DNA from: Thermoproteota archaeon
GTDB taxonomy: Archaea; Korarchaeota; Korarchaeia; Korarchaeales; Korarchaeaceae
Length of the DNA stretch: 64,000 nucleotides
NCBI GenBank assembly: GCA_026986575.1
Contig: JALSOH010000004.1
Span: 800,001-864,000 of the forward strand
Direction of reading: 5' to 3'
A program made the translations under genes and the position numbers. The notes beneath the pieces are model-generated. The model did no database searches. It saw nothing but the letters and a program-made list of their open reading frames with translations, and had not been told where the DNA came from. Below, piece by piece: positions 20,374 to 30,848 of the stretch (positions within the stretch are counted from its first letter, which is position 1; the number at the start of each line of letters is the position of its first letter).

Positions 20374-22308
20374 ATGAAAGTCGCTTGCCAGAGGGACTGC
20401 CTTGACGGCTGCGTTCTAATCTTGGAGGGCGAGGGTTCTGAGGCCTCGGTGCGGGGCGATCCCGATCATCAGGTCACTAGGGGGTTCACATGTCCTAAGG
20501 CCCTGAACTTTCCCCGCTACTATTCTAGCGGAAGGAGAGTCCTCTACCCACATATCAGGACCGTAAATGGGTTCAAGAGGGTGAGCTGGGACCAAGCTCT
20601 GGATTTAATCGCCTCCAAGCTCAAGGAGGTGGTGAGGGAACATGGCCCACAGGAGATCCTCGTATTCAACTACTCTGGCAACACGGGACTAATAAACTTC
20701 AACTATCCGCTCAGGCTTGCCTACGCCCTCAACGCCTATCGGGTGCATTACACGATATGTGACGAGGCTGGTGAACTTGCGCTGGAGCTTCACTACGGCA
20801 TGCGCTACGGGGCCTTTCCGGAAGACCTTGAAAGGGCCGAGATGGTCGTGGTGTGGGGTGCAAACCCGGCCTCGTCCAGCGTGCACGCCTATCGCATCTT
20901 GGTAGACCTGAAGGTCAGGGGAGTGCCCATCTGGGTGATCGATCCTAGAAGGACGAGAACATCTCTGCTGGGGAATTACGTCAGGATAAAACCGGGAACT
21001 GATTCCTTACTGGCTGCAGGCATCTCTTGGTATCTGATAAATGAGATCGGCGTGGACGAGGACTTCATATCGAAATACACGGTGGGCTTCGAGGAGTACT
21101 CGCGACATATCTCCAAGTACACTCCCGAACTCGTGGAGAAGGTTACCGGAGTTCCCAAGCGGATAGTAAGGGAACTGGCAGAAGAATACGCTGAGCTTAA
21201 GCCCAGCGTCACGTATATCGGTGTGGGAATGCAGAAGACCAAGTATGGAGCTGAAGCTGTCCGCATCATCTCCCTAATACCTGCGCTGGTGGGAGTTCAC
21301 AGAGGTTTCTTCTTCTGCAACTCCTCTCGGGACTTCGACACCGCTTACCTGCAGGCCAGGCATCTGGGGGAGGACAGGAGGGTCAACATGCTGGACGTTC
21401 CCTCCATGCTCTCCTCAGGTCGCTTCAAGTTCCTCTACATCTACAACTCAAATCCCGCAGTTACCCTACCTAGGTCAGACCTCTTCCGAAAGGGCATGAG
21501 GAGGGAGGACTTGTTCTCCGTAGTGCACGATGTGATGTGGACTGAAACGGCGGAGCTGGCTGATGTAGTACTCCCAGCCACTGGGATGTTCGAACAGGAG
21601 GATTTCGTCGCCAGCTGGTGGCACCCCTATCTCGCTTACTCCCCCAAGGTCTGGGAGCCACTTGGGGAAAGCAGGCCTAATTGGTGGGTTGTCCAGGAAC
21701 TGTCCAAGAAGCTTGGGATAGAGACGCCTGAATTCAAGGAGGATCCCATCCGAGCTTTCGAAGGGGCTGTGAAGGGAAGTATGATGCTCAGGGTTCCCGT
21801 TGAGGAGGTGATGAGGAGGGGTTATGTGAGGCTGGAATACCCGCCGAAGCACGAGTACCAAACCCCCTCCGGCAGGATAGAATTCTACAGCAGCACAGCG
21901 GAGAGGCTTGGCTATTCTCCCCTTCCGGTCTTAGAGTGGGAGGAGGTCGATCTCGACTACCCATACGTCCTCATCACTAGTTCGGTTCCGAAGAGGACAT
22001 CCTCGCAGGATGCCATGCCGAGGGATCTCCCGGTGAGGGATCACGTTCACATCAGTTGTGAAGATGCCAGCAAACTGGGACTGAAATCAGGGGATCTGGT
22101 CCTCATTCGCTCCCCGTGGTCCGAAGCTATCTCAACGGTCGAGATCGACGATTCCCTCCCTAGCGGAGTATTATGGGCTAGGAGATCAGCCAAATTCATC
22201 AAGGGCACGGTCAACGATCTCCTGCAGGATGAAAAGCAAGTCATAGCCGGTGGAAACTCGCTCAACAGCAGCAGGGTATCGATTGAGGTGCTGGTCAGTG
22301 GGAGTTAA
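20374..22308 (+). CDS. Cytoplasmic molybdopterin-dependent oxidoreductase (YyaE-like)
   Basis: CQRDCLDGC..C cluster, TIC ligand, VVWGANP, ADVVLPAT; no TAT signal. Confidence 0.88.
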   Translation: MKVACQRDCLDGCVLILEGEGSEASVRGDPDHQVTRGFTCPKALNFPRYYSSGRRVLYPHIRTVNGFKRVSWDQALDLIASKLKEVVREHGPQEILVFNYSGNTGLINFNYPLRLAYALNAYRVHYTICDEAGELALELHYGMRYGAFPEDLERAEMVVVWGANPASSSVHAYRILVDLKVRGVPIWVIDPRRTRTSLLGNYVRIKPGTDSLLAAGISWYLINEIGVDEDFISKYTVGFEEYSRHISKYTPELVEKVTGVPKRIVRELAEEYAELKPSVTYIGVGMQKTKYGAEAVRIISLIPALVGVHRGFFFCNSSRDFDTAYLQARHLGEDRRVNMLDVPSMLSSGRFKFLYIYNSNPAVTLPRSDLFRKGMRREDLFSVVHDVMWTETAELADVVLPATGMFEQEDFVASWWHPYLAYSPKVWEPLGESRPNWWVVQELSKKLGIETPEFKEDPIRAFEGAVKGSMMLRVPVEEVMRRGYVRLEYPPKHEYQTPSGRIEFYSSTAERLGYSPLPVLEWEEVDLDYPYVLITSSVPKRTSSQDAMPRDLPVRDHVHISCEDASKLGLKSGDLVLIRSPWSEAISTVEIDDSLPSGVLWARRSAKFIKGTVNDLLQDEKQVIAGGNSLNSSRVSIEVLVSGS

Positions 22309-22372
22309 CGAATTTCCCGCAAGAATCCTAGGAAGGATTATCATATTCCTCCCCCTCATTTTTGGGATTATC

Positions 22373-23629
22373 ATGAAGGTAAGCGATTTACTTAAGGGAG
22401 AAGTACCCGTTGGGAGAGCAGTCGAGCTCGAGGGAACTATAATTGAGATACTTCCGTCCTTCTCGCTCGGAGACATAGTTTATGAGAGGTTCTCATTGGA
22501 GGACGGTACGGGACAGCTCACTGTGATCCTACCCGCATCACCCAAGTACTTCCTCCCCGACGACAAGGTGAAGGTGAGGGGAAGGGTCAGACCCTGCCCG
22601 TACGCCCCGTCAGTGACCTGTTTGGAGACATCGGGGGACGACATCGACATCTTGGAGTGGAAGTGGATAGAACCCAGATTCAGGGAAGGAGCTGCAAAGA
22701 GAGGAGCATTCGACGTAAATGCCCTCCTCCAAGTCACCAAGTTCGACCGAGAGCTCATCAGAGGGGTGGTCGAGACCGGTCTGGACCCGCTCAGGATGAG
22801 GGAGAGATTCGAGGAGAATATTTCCTCCGGAAAAGATGTGAGGTACCTAGTAGATGCGATAGCGGCCATGACCATGTACGCCATATTCCTCAGGGATCTA
22901 CCGGCGGCGAAGAGCGTTAAGACAACCCTCTACTTGCTGAGAGATTTGAAGCTCCCTGAGAGCGAGCGCAGGGTCTTGGAGCTCCTAGGGGAGATGATCG
23001 ACGCCTTGGTGAGCAGAGAAGGTCTGGCCCCCTACATATCACCGCCCGAAGCCATTCAGGGGGTAGTGGAGAGGTACCCGGTGGCGGAGGAGGACGAGAT
23101 AGAGGGTCTCCCGAGGCTTGGCTTTCTGGCTAAGAGGATAATAGAGGATCTCAGGGAGGGAAAGAAGGAGTTCCTGATAGTGGAGATATCCGATGGCTCC
23201 CAAGTTATGGAGGCGAGGAAGATGGCCGAGGTAGCTGCGGGGGTCGCGAAAGCGAAGCTCTACTACATGCCAATCTCCTCACTCAGTTCGGTCGAGGGGA
23301 TGGGTCAGGTGATATCGGACCTCAAGAGCATCGTGGAGGGAATCAAGCCGGATGAAAAGGTGGTTTTCTACATGGAGGGGCTTGAGCTCCTCGTTCCCAG
23401 CGAGAGGATGATGGAGATGATGAAACTCACCCCTCAAGGGGTATCAGCGGCCAAGGCGTTCAAGGCCGACCTCATGAAGACGCTGGAATCCTTATTGGAT
23501 AAGGCCATCGTGGTGTCTGTGACTAGCTCAAAGGTCCTCATAGACGACGAGCTGGCCTCTAGGGCAGCCCAGATAGTCTCAGGCGAGACGGGGATGGGAA
23601 TAAGTGGGGGAGGATACCCTCCCTACTGA
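22373..23629 (+). CDS. Hypothetical protein: OB-fold-like N-terminus + degenerate AAA+-like C-terminus
   Basis: VELEGTI...FSLEDGTGQLTV...KVKVRGRV (OB-like); the C-terminus follows AAA+ element order but lacks Walker A. Confidence 0.55.
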   Translation: MKVSDLLKGEVPVGRAVELEGTIIEILPSFSLGDIVYERFSLEDGTGQLTVILPASPKYFLPDDKVKVRGRVRPCPYAPSVTCLETSGDDIDILEWKWIEPRFREGAAKRGAFDVNALLQVTKFDRELIRGVVETGLDPLRMRERFEENISSGKDVRYLVDAIAAMTMYAIFLRDLPAAKSVKTTLYLLRDLKLPESERRVLELLGEMIDALVSREGLAPYISPPEAIQGVVERYPVAEEDEIEGLPRLGFLAKRIIEDLREGKKEFLIVEISDGSQVMEARKMAEVAAGVAKAKLYYMPISSLSSVEGMGQVISDLKSIVEGIKPDEKVVFYMEGLELLVPSERMMEMMKLTPQGVSAAKAFKADLMKTLESLLDKAIVVSVTSSKVLIDDELASRAAQIVSGETGMGISGGGYPPY

Positions 23630-24031
23630 TCACTCCCTCAATATGGTCATCACGGGCCTCCTAGTTGCCTTGGCCACTCTCTCCGAGATGCTCCTCCCCA
23701 CGACCTTTCCCAAACCCTTTCTTCTTCTCTTGAACATGATAATCAGGTCATACTTCCCTTCCTCAGCCTCCTCGACTATGGCATCGGCCACATCCCTCGC
23801 CTCGGCCACGACCACTCTAGTGGGGATACCCATGCTCCTCAGCTCTTGAGCTAGATCCCTCAACCACTCGGGGGTGTTCACTTCAACGTCGAGAGGCGTG
23901 GTTATGGGGACCTTCACCACGTGAAAGATGGTCAGTTCGCTCCCCCCTTCTAGTTGGGAGAGTGCCGCCACTATTTCCCTCGCATCCACCCTATCTTTGA
24001 GGGGGAGCAGCACCTTTCTCAGCTTAACCAC
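23630..24031 (-). CDS. Universal stress protein (UspA family)
   Basis: KVLLPL, IFHV, AIVEEA...YDLIIM, G.SISERVA....PVM. Confidence 0.88.
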   Translation of the reverse strand: MVKLRKVLLPLKDRVDAREIVAALSQLEGGSELTIFHVVKVPITTPLDVEVNTPEWLRDLAQELRSMGIPTRVVVAEARDVADAIVEEAEEGKYDLIIMFKRRRKGLGKVVGRSISERVAKATRRPVMTILRE

Positions 24032-24084
24032 CTCTTTTTATTCTCAGCAACCGTTTTAAGCTCTTTCTACTCCTTGAGCTCCCG

Positions 24085-24432
24085 GTGGAAATGAGGGTTC
24101 GGGAGGATCCAACCACTTCATTCGTGAGAGGGAGCTACCGTCTCCTCATCTTAGCGTTGCTAGAAAGCTCTGTAATGCACGGTTATCAGATTTTAAAGAA
24201 TTTAGAAGGGCTGACGGGACAGAAACCAAAGATAAGCACCCTCTACTCTATACTGAAGGACATGGAGAGGAGCGGACTCCTCCGCTCGAGGGTGGAGGAT
24301 GCTAGGAGGATATACCAGCTCACGGAGAGGGGAAGGCAGGTTTTGGATGAGTTCAGGTCTAAGCTGGGCGAGGGGGCGCTGAGGATACTGGAGTTCATAA
24401 TGAGACCTAGGACCCTCTCGTCTAATCGTTAG
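24085..24432 (+). CDS. PadR-family transcriptional regulator
   Basis: LLILALL...MHGYQI, TLYSIL..ME..GLL, RRIYQLTERG. Confidence 0.9.
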   Translation: MEMRVREDPTTSFVRGSYRLLILALLESSVMHGYQILKNLEGLTGQKPKISTLYSILKDMERSGLLRSRVEDARRIYQLTERGRQVLDEFRSKLGEGALRILEFIMRPRTLSSNR

Positions 24433-24481
24433 AAGCGTTACTTCTAATAATTTATATATTTATCAGAACAGCAACTTCTAA
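24430..24481 (+). promoter_or_regulatory. TATA box flanked by two 19-bp imperfect palindromes
   Basis: TTAGAAGcgttaCTTCTAA and TCAGAAcagcaaCTTCTAA either side of TTTATATATTTA. Confidence 0.55.
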
Positions 24482-25689
24482 TGAGTATGCTCGAGTGGCA
24501 GAACCCTTGGTGGGGGGGGAAGAAGAGCAAGGTAGTCCTTAAATGGGAGGAAAGAAAGTACAAGTGGGTCCCCTCGTGGTTAAACGAGATATCTCTTGAG
24601 CCGTTCTCTCTCAACTTCGTGATGGGCCCCAGGCAGGTGGGAAAGACCACGGGCCTTCACCTTCTCATAGACAGGCTTATTAAGGGCGGGGTGGAGCCAC
24701 AAAGGATATTCTTCCTCGATCTGGACCTCGTATGGGATCTGGATTCCTTCAAGAGGGCTCTGGACGACTACCTGAGGATGAGAGCTTATGAGGGTCACGA
24801 CTCGTCCTACATAATCTTGGACGAGGTGACTAGCTTGGAAGGGTGGTGGAGGCTTGTCAAGGGCTACATTGACCTGGGGATCTTTGACAACGATGTGCTG
24901 ATTCTCACAGGATCCTCCTCCCTGAGGGTGAAGGGGAACGCAGAGCTCTTTCCTGGCAGGATGGGTAAGGGAGTCGAGGTGGAAGCTTTGCCCCTTTCCT
25001 TTCGGGAGTTCCTCCAAGTGAAGGGGATCGAGGTGAAGAGGACCGGGAATCTAGAGAAGGATATGGTCTCACTTCTTCCGGTTAGGGAGAGGGTTAGAGG
25101 ACTGTTTCGAGAGTACATGAGATTCGGGGGATATCCCCTCTCCGTAAATGAAGATCCAGCGGCCGAGGAATCCTTCATAAGATCCGTCATCGGCGAGCTG
25201 CTGAGATTGGGGAGGAACCCCTCCCTGGCCTCGGCCGTAGTGGGATCCCTGCTCAGGAAGGCTCCCTCTCCCCTGTCTTACAGCTCCATAGGCTCAGATG
25301 TGGGAATATCATACAAGACCGTCAGGGACTACTTGGAGGTGCTTAAGGGATTGATGATGATTGGGGAAGCTCCATTCATGGAGTCGGGCTCGGTAAAATG
25401 GAGAAAGGAGAGGAAATATTTCATGAGAGATCCCTTCCTCGTAAGGTCCTTGGCTGGCTGGGTGGGAGTGGATCCCTTACCCAGTGCCATGCACGAGTGG
25501 GTCGTGCAAGAGCACCTCCTCAGGAGGTTCGGAAGAGTCTATTACTGGAGAGACGGATATGAAGTTGACGCCGTTGCCAACGGGCTCAAGGTCGAGGTCA
25601 AGGCCGGAAAGCCCCACAGAAGATATCCTAGGGATGTCCTGATCTTAGATGAGGATAACATAGCCGACTTCCTAGCGGTAATCGTCTGA
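24481..25689 (+). CDS. AAA_14/DUF4143-type ATPase with C-terminal PD-(D/E)xK-like motif
   Basis: QNPWW, GPRQVGKTT, IILDEV, LTGSS, FGGYP, YEVD...VEVK. Confidence 0.88.
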   Translation: MSMLEWQNPWWGGKKSKVVLKWEERKYKWVPSWLNEISLEPFSLNFVMGPRQVGKTTGLHLLIDRLIKGGVEPQRIFFLDLDLVWDLDSFKRALDDYLRMRAYEGHDSSYIILDEVTSLEGWWRLVKGYIDLGIFDNDVLILTGSSSLRVKGNAELFPGRMGKGVEVEALPLSFREFLQVKGIEVKRTGNLEKDMVSLLPVRERVRGLFREYMRFGGYPLSVNEDPAAEESFIRSVIGELLRLGRNPSLASAVVGSLLRKAPSPLSYSSIGSDVGISYKTVRDYLEVLKGLMMIGEAPFMESGSVKWRKERKYFMRDPFLVRSLAGWVGVDPLPSAMHEWVVQEHLLRRFGRVYYWRDGYEVDAVANGLKVEVKAGKPHRRYPRDVLILDEDNIADFLAVIV

Positions 25690-25691
25690 TC

Positions 25692-26402
25692 CTAAGGTCT
25701 TCTGGCCTTGATGGCCACAAAAGTTCCTAAGAGAGCCCTCTTCACCTTGATAATCTCGAACTTCTCCCCAATTATGCTGGTGAATTCGGAGGTCGTTAAC
25801 ATGCTTCTAAAGGTTGGGTAGAGAGCCTTCCATGGCGTATCAAAGCTCCCGTATATGGGTATGGAGATAAGGGGGACCAAAGTCCTGAGGTAGAGGCCCA
25901 CCAGCCAAGCGAAAGCCCTGTTGTCCGGTCTGACTAGGTCCAAGACTAGGAGCTGGCCGCCCGGCTTGAGCACCCTCCTGAACTCACTTAAAGCTCCGTA
26001 AAGGTCCCTTGCATCCCTCAAAGCATAAGCTGTTACGATGACATCTACGGAGCTGTTGGGTAGAGGTACGGATTCGAAGGTGGCCTCCAAGAAGTTTAGC
26101 TCAACGTCGCCAGCGATGCCTCTCAGATTATCGAAGGCCGCCTTCAGCATCGACGGCAGCGGATCCAAGCAGTAGAGCTTACCCTCTCTCATCCTCTTCA
26201 GTATGTGGACTGACATGTTCCCTGGTCCACAGCCAGCGTCCAGCACTGTCATGCCATCATCCAGCGCTGCCATGCCGGCGAGGACTTTCCTCATCCTCTC
26301 GCTGTAACCTAGAGTGATCACCCTGTTCACAGCCTCGTACTTCCTGACCGTCCTGTCCAGAGCGCTGACTATCTCCTTCCAAGTGCCGTCCTCCAAGCCC
26401 AC
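25692..26402 (-). CDS. UbiE/MenG-family SAM methyltransferase
   Basis: YE.VN.VITLG, VLDAGCGPG, AYALRD, EFRRVLKPGG. Confidence 0.85.
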   Translation of the reverse strand: MGLEDGTWKEIVSALDRTVRKYEAVNRVITLGYSERMRKVLAGMAALDDGMTVLDAGCGPGNMSVHILKRMREGKLYCLDPLPSMLKAAFDNLRGIAGDVELNFLEATFESVPLPNSSVDVIVTAYALRDARDLYGALSEFRRVLKPGGQLLVLDLVRPDNRAFAWLVGLYLRTLVPLISIPIYGSFDTPWKALYPTFRSMLTTSEFTSIIGEKFEIIKVKRALLGTFVAIKARRP

Positions 26403-26482
26403 GCGCCGAGCTGCCTTGAAGAGGTTAAAAGGTTATCACTGAGGAGGCCTCAAGTTTTTCTCCTCTCCGCTCGCGATCCCGT

Positions 26483-27447
26483 ATGGAGCTGCTGTACCTC
26501 TCCTACCAAGATATATCTTCCTTGAGTATCCCCCTGTCCGATATAATAAGGGTCGTGGAGAATGCGTTCCGTCAGAAGGGAGAGGGTCTGGCTGAGATGC
26601 CCCCCAAGCCGGAATTCATCCTCGACCGGACTCATTTATTCATGCGATGCCGGCTTACCTCAAGGGTAGCGATGCTGCTGGCTTGAAGTGGGTATCTGGC
26701 TATCCGGAAAATCCCAAGAGGGGTCTCCCCTACATAACTGGCCTATTCATTCTCAATGACCCTAATACTGGGGTGCCGGTAGCCGTGATGGATGCCATGT
26801 GGATAACCGCCTATAGAACGGCTGCAGCCACGGCCGTTGCAGCCAAGTACCTAGCTAGGGAGGATAGCGAGGTCCTAGCGGTGCTGGGTTGCGGGACTCA
26901 AGGTAAGACCAATACCTTGATGCTTAGGGAGTTGCTCCCCATAAAGACCGTCTGGGCATATGACATCGATCCGAAGGCCCTCGACAGGTATGAGGAGTTC
27001 GTTAAGGAGAGGATCGATGTGGAGATCATCAGGGCCTCCTCACCCAAGGAAGCGGTGGAGCACGCCGACATTATAGTTACAGCAGGCCCGATCCTCAAGA
27101 ACCCGAATCCAGTTATAGAGGCGGACTGGGTGAGGGAGGGTGCCACCGCTGTACCGCTGGACTTCGACTCCTACTGGAAATCCTCGGCCATAGCCTCGAT
27201 GGACAAGTTCTACACGGATGATGTGGATCAACTGAAGTACTACATAGAAGAAGGATGGATTCGTCCCATAGAGAGGATAGATGGAGATTTGGGTGAGGTC
27301 GTTGCCGGGAAGAAGCCCGGCAGGGAGGGAGACCACGAGAGGATAATGTCCATGAATCTGGGGCTAGCTATAGAGGATGTCGCAACGGGGAAGCTAATCT
27401 ACGATCTAGCCAAGAAAAAGAGAGTTGGGAGGAAGCTTCCCCTTTGA
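26483..27447 (+). pseudogene. Ornithine cyclodeaminase/mu-crystallin (alanine dehydrogenase-like) gene with one frameshift
   Basis: One extra G at 26611 restores MPPKPGIHPRPDSFIHAMPAY; KWVSGYPENP, TAYRTAA, GCGTQG and GLAIED motifs present; may be a sequencing error. Confidence 0.8.
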
Positions 27448-27929
27448 TGCTCGGGTTAGGGGTGCCCGTCGCTAGAGTGGTCTTAGGGGTGGAGGCCTCC
27501 ACCTACGGGGAGGTAGGCCTCTGCCTTGACCTCTTCTTCTCCAAGTGGGCTTCCTCCCTCGACGAGTTCGTACCCCTCTTAATACCCGAGCAGAGGTTTA
27601 TGGGGGCTGTAGATAGCTCTTACCTCGAGCTCGAACCTCTTGTATCTCCTGAAGAGTTCGTTGAGAGGTTTTCGATCGCATACAGGAGGTATGCCGAGCG
27701 AGTGAACGATCTCAGGGAGAAGCTGCTTCAGGTAAGGAGATCCTATCGATTCAATCTCCTGATTCCTCCCTCGCCGTCGCAGCTTCATGCTGAGGACATA
27801 CTAGTGAAGGAGATAGGGCTGATCGAGGGTTCCGTAAGGGGGGTTAATCTAATACTTGGACTTAACGAGTGGGATAAAATCGAGGAGGTGAGCTTGACAG
27901 CGTGGCAGGATAATTCGATGCTGGCTTGA
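27444..27929 (+). CDS. Hypothetical protein
   Basis: 161-aa ORF overlapping the upstream stop; typical codon usage; no recognised motif. Confidence 0.5.
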   Translation: MMLGLGVPVARVVLGVEASTYGEVGLCLDLFFSKWASSLDEFVPLLIPEQRFMGAVDSSYLELEPLVSPEEFVERFSIAYRRYAERVNDLREKLLQVRRSYRFNLLIPPSPSQLHAEDILVKEIGLIEGSVRGVNLILGLNEWDKIEEVSLTAWQDNSMLA

Positions 27930-28259
27930 CGTGTTCTCTCCGAGGGGTTACTTCAGGTTTGGGGAGAGGTCTAACCTCTTAGCTACGCTGATAAGATCAA
28001 ATCCCCAGCTACGAGATTTTCTATCGTCATTGACCAATGGATAGTGCTTCTCTATTGGAGAGAGTGGCTAAATTGGAGTTATTGATCCACATATCAGGCA
28101 GATTTCTACAACCACGCGCCTTAATTCGATAAGATACCAGCCCACGATACTTGGCCTATGACCTCGGGAAATTTGTTAGGACATGGTGGAAAACCCGAAG
28201 CGCGGGATCCTAAATCAAATCCAATTCATGAAGTGCCATTAAGAACAAAAGCAACGATA

Positions 28260-28934
28260 TCACTTCTCAGTTAGCCTCCTATAGATCTTCCTACCGGTAT
28301 CATTTCTCACGTATCCGCTCTCCAGAGCTGGTATCACTAGATCTGGTCGATCTGTGGTAATGGCGTCCACGCCTATTTTAGCTAGGGCGAGGGCCTGCTC
28401 CGCATCGTTCACCGTCCACACGTATGTGAGGCCACCCACCTCCTTCATCTCGCTCAGAAGGGCCTCGTCCACATAGGAGAGCTCGACTGACAGCCCGTCA
28501 GCCATCGCGTCGGCCATGACCCTAGCGGGTCTGGCTGGCCTGTCCTGTATAGACGCCAGCATCAAGTAGTTGCCCTCTAGCTCCGGTCTGAGCTTCCTGA
28601 GGATGTTGTGGTATTTAGAGCTGATCGCGACACTCCCGTCCCCGGGCAGGGAGCTGAAGATCTTGGGATCCACCTCTGGGGTCTTGAGGTCTAAGACTAG
28701 GGAGACATCCCTCTCTACGACCTCCCTCACGATCCTGTCCAGCGATTCGCCCCTAGGTTCTGGGAAAAAGATCCTCCTCAACAGGGCCTCCCTCAAGGTA
28801 GCGGGCTTTATGCCAGCTACATGCCTGACCTCGCTCCCCGTTATGTCCACCTCTACCGCATCGACTCCCAGCTGTAGGTAGAGCCTGAGCTTGGTAAGGG
28901 TGTTCGCCCTATGTCCCACTATGAGCGGACGCAT
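28260..28934 (-). CDS. Glycerophosphodiester phosphodiesterase family
   Basis: IVGHR, DAVEVD, LDLK, VWTVND, GVDAITTDRP. Confidence 0.88.
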   Translation of the reverse strand: MRPLIVGHRANTLTKLRLYLQLGVDAVEVDITGSEVRHVAGIKPATLREALLRRIFFPEPRGESLDRIVREVVERDVSLVLDLKTPEVDPKIFSSLPGDGSVAISSKYHNILRKLRPELEGNYLMLASIQDRPARPARVMADAMADGLSVELSYVDEALLSEMKEVGGLTYVWTVNDAEQALALAKIGVDAITTDRPDLVIPALESGYVRNDTGRKIYRRLTEK

Positions 28935-29019
28935 CCAAGGGGCGTGCATCCTAACAATTTAAACGTGCCTGAGCCAGCCAGAACTGGGCCGGGAAATCAC
29001 ATGGGAAGAGAAAAACTAT

Positions 29020-30795
29020 CTAACCTGATTCACGCAGTGTCTCCCTAGCGAGCCTCACTAGATTGACCATGACCAATAAGAGACCCCCGTCATCTCCCAA
29101 GGCGACGGCTGCCCACAAGGGGATATACCCAATCACTCCAAGCAGGGCTGCTACAGCCTTGAAGGTACCCACAAAGGCCATATTCGACCAGAAGGTGGAT
29201 ACCACGGACCTGGAAGCCCTGAACAGCCATGGCAGTGACGAGATGCCTGACACAAGGGCCACATCGCCTGCCTCGATTGAGGCCTCCAAACTACCAACGG
29301 CCACACCTAAATCGGCCGCAGCGAGGGCCGGGGCATCATTTATCCCGTCACCGACCATCGCGACATATCCGAACTCCTTCAGCCTCTTGACTATCTCAAC
29401 CTTCCCTTCTGGGGAGAGGTCCGCGTAGAGCTCGTGGATCCCCAAGCCCACGGCTACCGGTCTGGCGTTCTCCTCCCTGTCACCGGTGAGCATGGCAACG
29501 CGGAGACCCATCTCCTTCAGTCGCCCGATCACCTCCTTAGCTAAGGGATTCACCTCGTCCCCAAGCGACACGTACCCGTGTCTCCCTCCAACCGAGGCAT
29601 GAACAACGACACCCCCGCTCGTAACCTCCTCAACCCCTACGAAGGACGCCTTTCCCGCGACCACCTCCGCCCCGTCTACTAACCCCCTTATCCCCTCACC
29701 CGGTACCTCTTCTACTTCCTCGGGTATCGAGAGCTTCAGACCCCTCCTCTTGGCTTCCTCCACAAGAGCTCTGGCCACGGGATGCTGCGAAGCCAGCTCT
29801 AGAGAAGCTAACAGCCTGAAGTCCTCTACATCCATGTGTAGCTCCCTCACCACCAGTCTCCCCAATGTGAGGGTACCGGTCTTGTCGATGGCTACGGCCC
29901 TTACCTTGGCAGCCATCTCTACAGGGGCGGATCCCTTGAACAGCACTCCTCTCCTCGCAGCCACAGCCAACGATGTGAGGGTCGTGGCCGGAGCGGCAAC
30001 AAGGAAGGCACTCGGACAGGCGACGGCCACCAGAACTATGGATGCTCTCACTCCTAGGAGGGCCCATGCCAGCGCGGAGAGGGCGAGCATCGACGGGAGG
30101 TAGTACTTGCTGAACCTCTGGACCAGCCTCTCTCCGGAGGACTTCCTTCCCTTGAACTCCTCCACCATGGCGAGTATGCGCGAGATGAATGCCTCCTTCC
30201 CAACCCTCAGGGCTCTTATGACTAGGCTTCCCTCGACTAGGAGGGAGCCGGAGTGGACGTAGCTGCCCATCTCCACCCTCACAGGGAGAGGTTCGCCGGT
30301 CACCACCGACTGATCCAAGTGCCCCTTACCTCTGACCACCAGCCCGTCCACGGGGACCCTCTCGCCCCTAGCCACCACCACTAGGTCCCCCTTCCTTATG
30401 GAATCGAATCCCACCTCCAAGAGGGAGCCGTCCCTCTCCACTTTGGCCTTCCTCGGGAGGTACTCCATCAACTCCTTCAACCCAGACTCAGCCCTCTCCA
30501 TGGCCACATGCTCCAGTATCTCGGCCAGTCCGAACATTCCGAGGAGGAGGGTACCCTCAAGGTGGAGGTCTAGCCAGTAGGTTAGGCCACCAACCCCGAC
30601 CATCAGCAGGTTAATCACATGCTCTAGCTCCGCCTTCCTCTCGTGGAGCACCTCCCAAGCCGTGTAGGAGGAGATCATGACTATCAGTAAGAGGAGTAGA
30701 AGCGAATCCAAGCCCTCTATACCGGTTACGTGCAAGATCACTGATATCAGCGATGCGATCAGCACTGAAGCCCAGAAGAGATCCTCCAGCTCCAA
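29020..30795 (-). CDS. P1B-type heavy-metal ATPase (CadA/ZntA-like) without N-terminal metal-binding domain
   Basis: TGE, VACPSA, DKTGTLT, HP, TGD, GDGINDAPAL. Confidence 0.9.
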   Translation of the reverse strand: MELEDLFWASVLIASLISVILHVTGIEGLDSLLLLLLIVMISSYTAWEVLHERKAELEHVINLLMVGVGGLTYWLDLHLEGTLLLGMFGLAEILEHVAMERAESGLKELMEYLPRKAKVERDGSLLEVGFDSIRKGDLVVVARGERVPVDGLVVRGKGHLDQSVVTGEPLPVRVEMGSYVHSGSLLVEGSLVIRALRVGKEAFISRILAMVEEFKGRKSSGERLVQRFSKYYLPSMLALSALAWALLGVRASIVLVAVACPSAFLVAAPATTLTSLAVAARRGVLFKGSAPVEMAAKVRAVAIDKTGTLTLGRLVVRELHMDVEDFRLLASLELASQHPVARALVEEAKRRGLKLSIPEEVEEVPGEGIRGLVDGAEVVAGKASFVGVEEVTSGGVVVHASVGGRHGYVSLGDEVNPLAKEVIGRLKEMGLRVAMLTGDREENARPVAVGLGIHELYADLSPEGKVEIVKRLKEFGYVAMVGDGINDAPALAAADLGVAVGSLEASIEAGDVALVSGISSLPWLFRASRSVVSTFWSNMAFVGTFKAVAALLGVIGYIPLWAAVALGDDGGLLLVMVNLVRLARETLRESG

Positions 30796-30848
30796 GTTTC
30801 TCCCCTTGAGCTAGAGGGTCCCTTAAATAATATGCTCCCCCCACCTCA

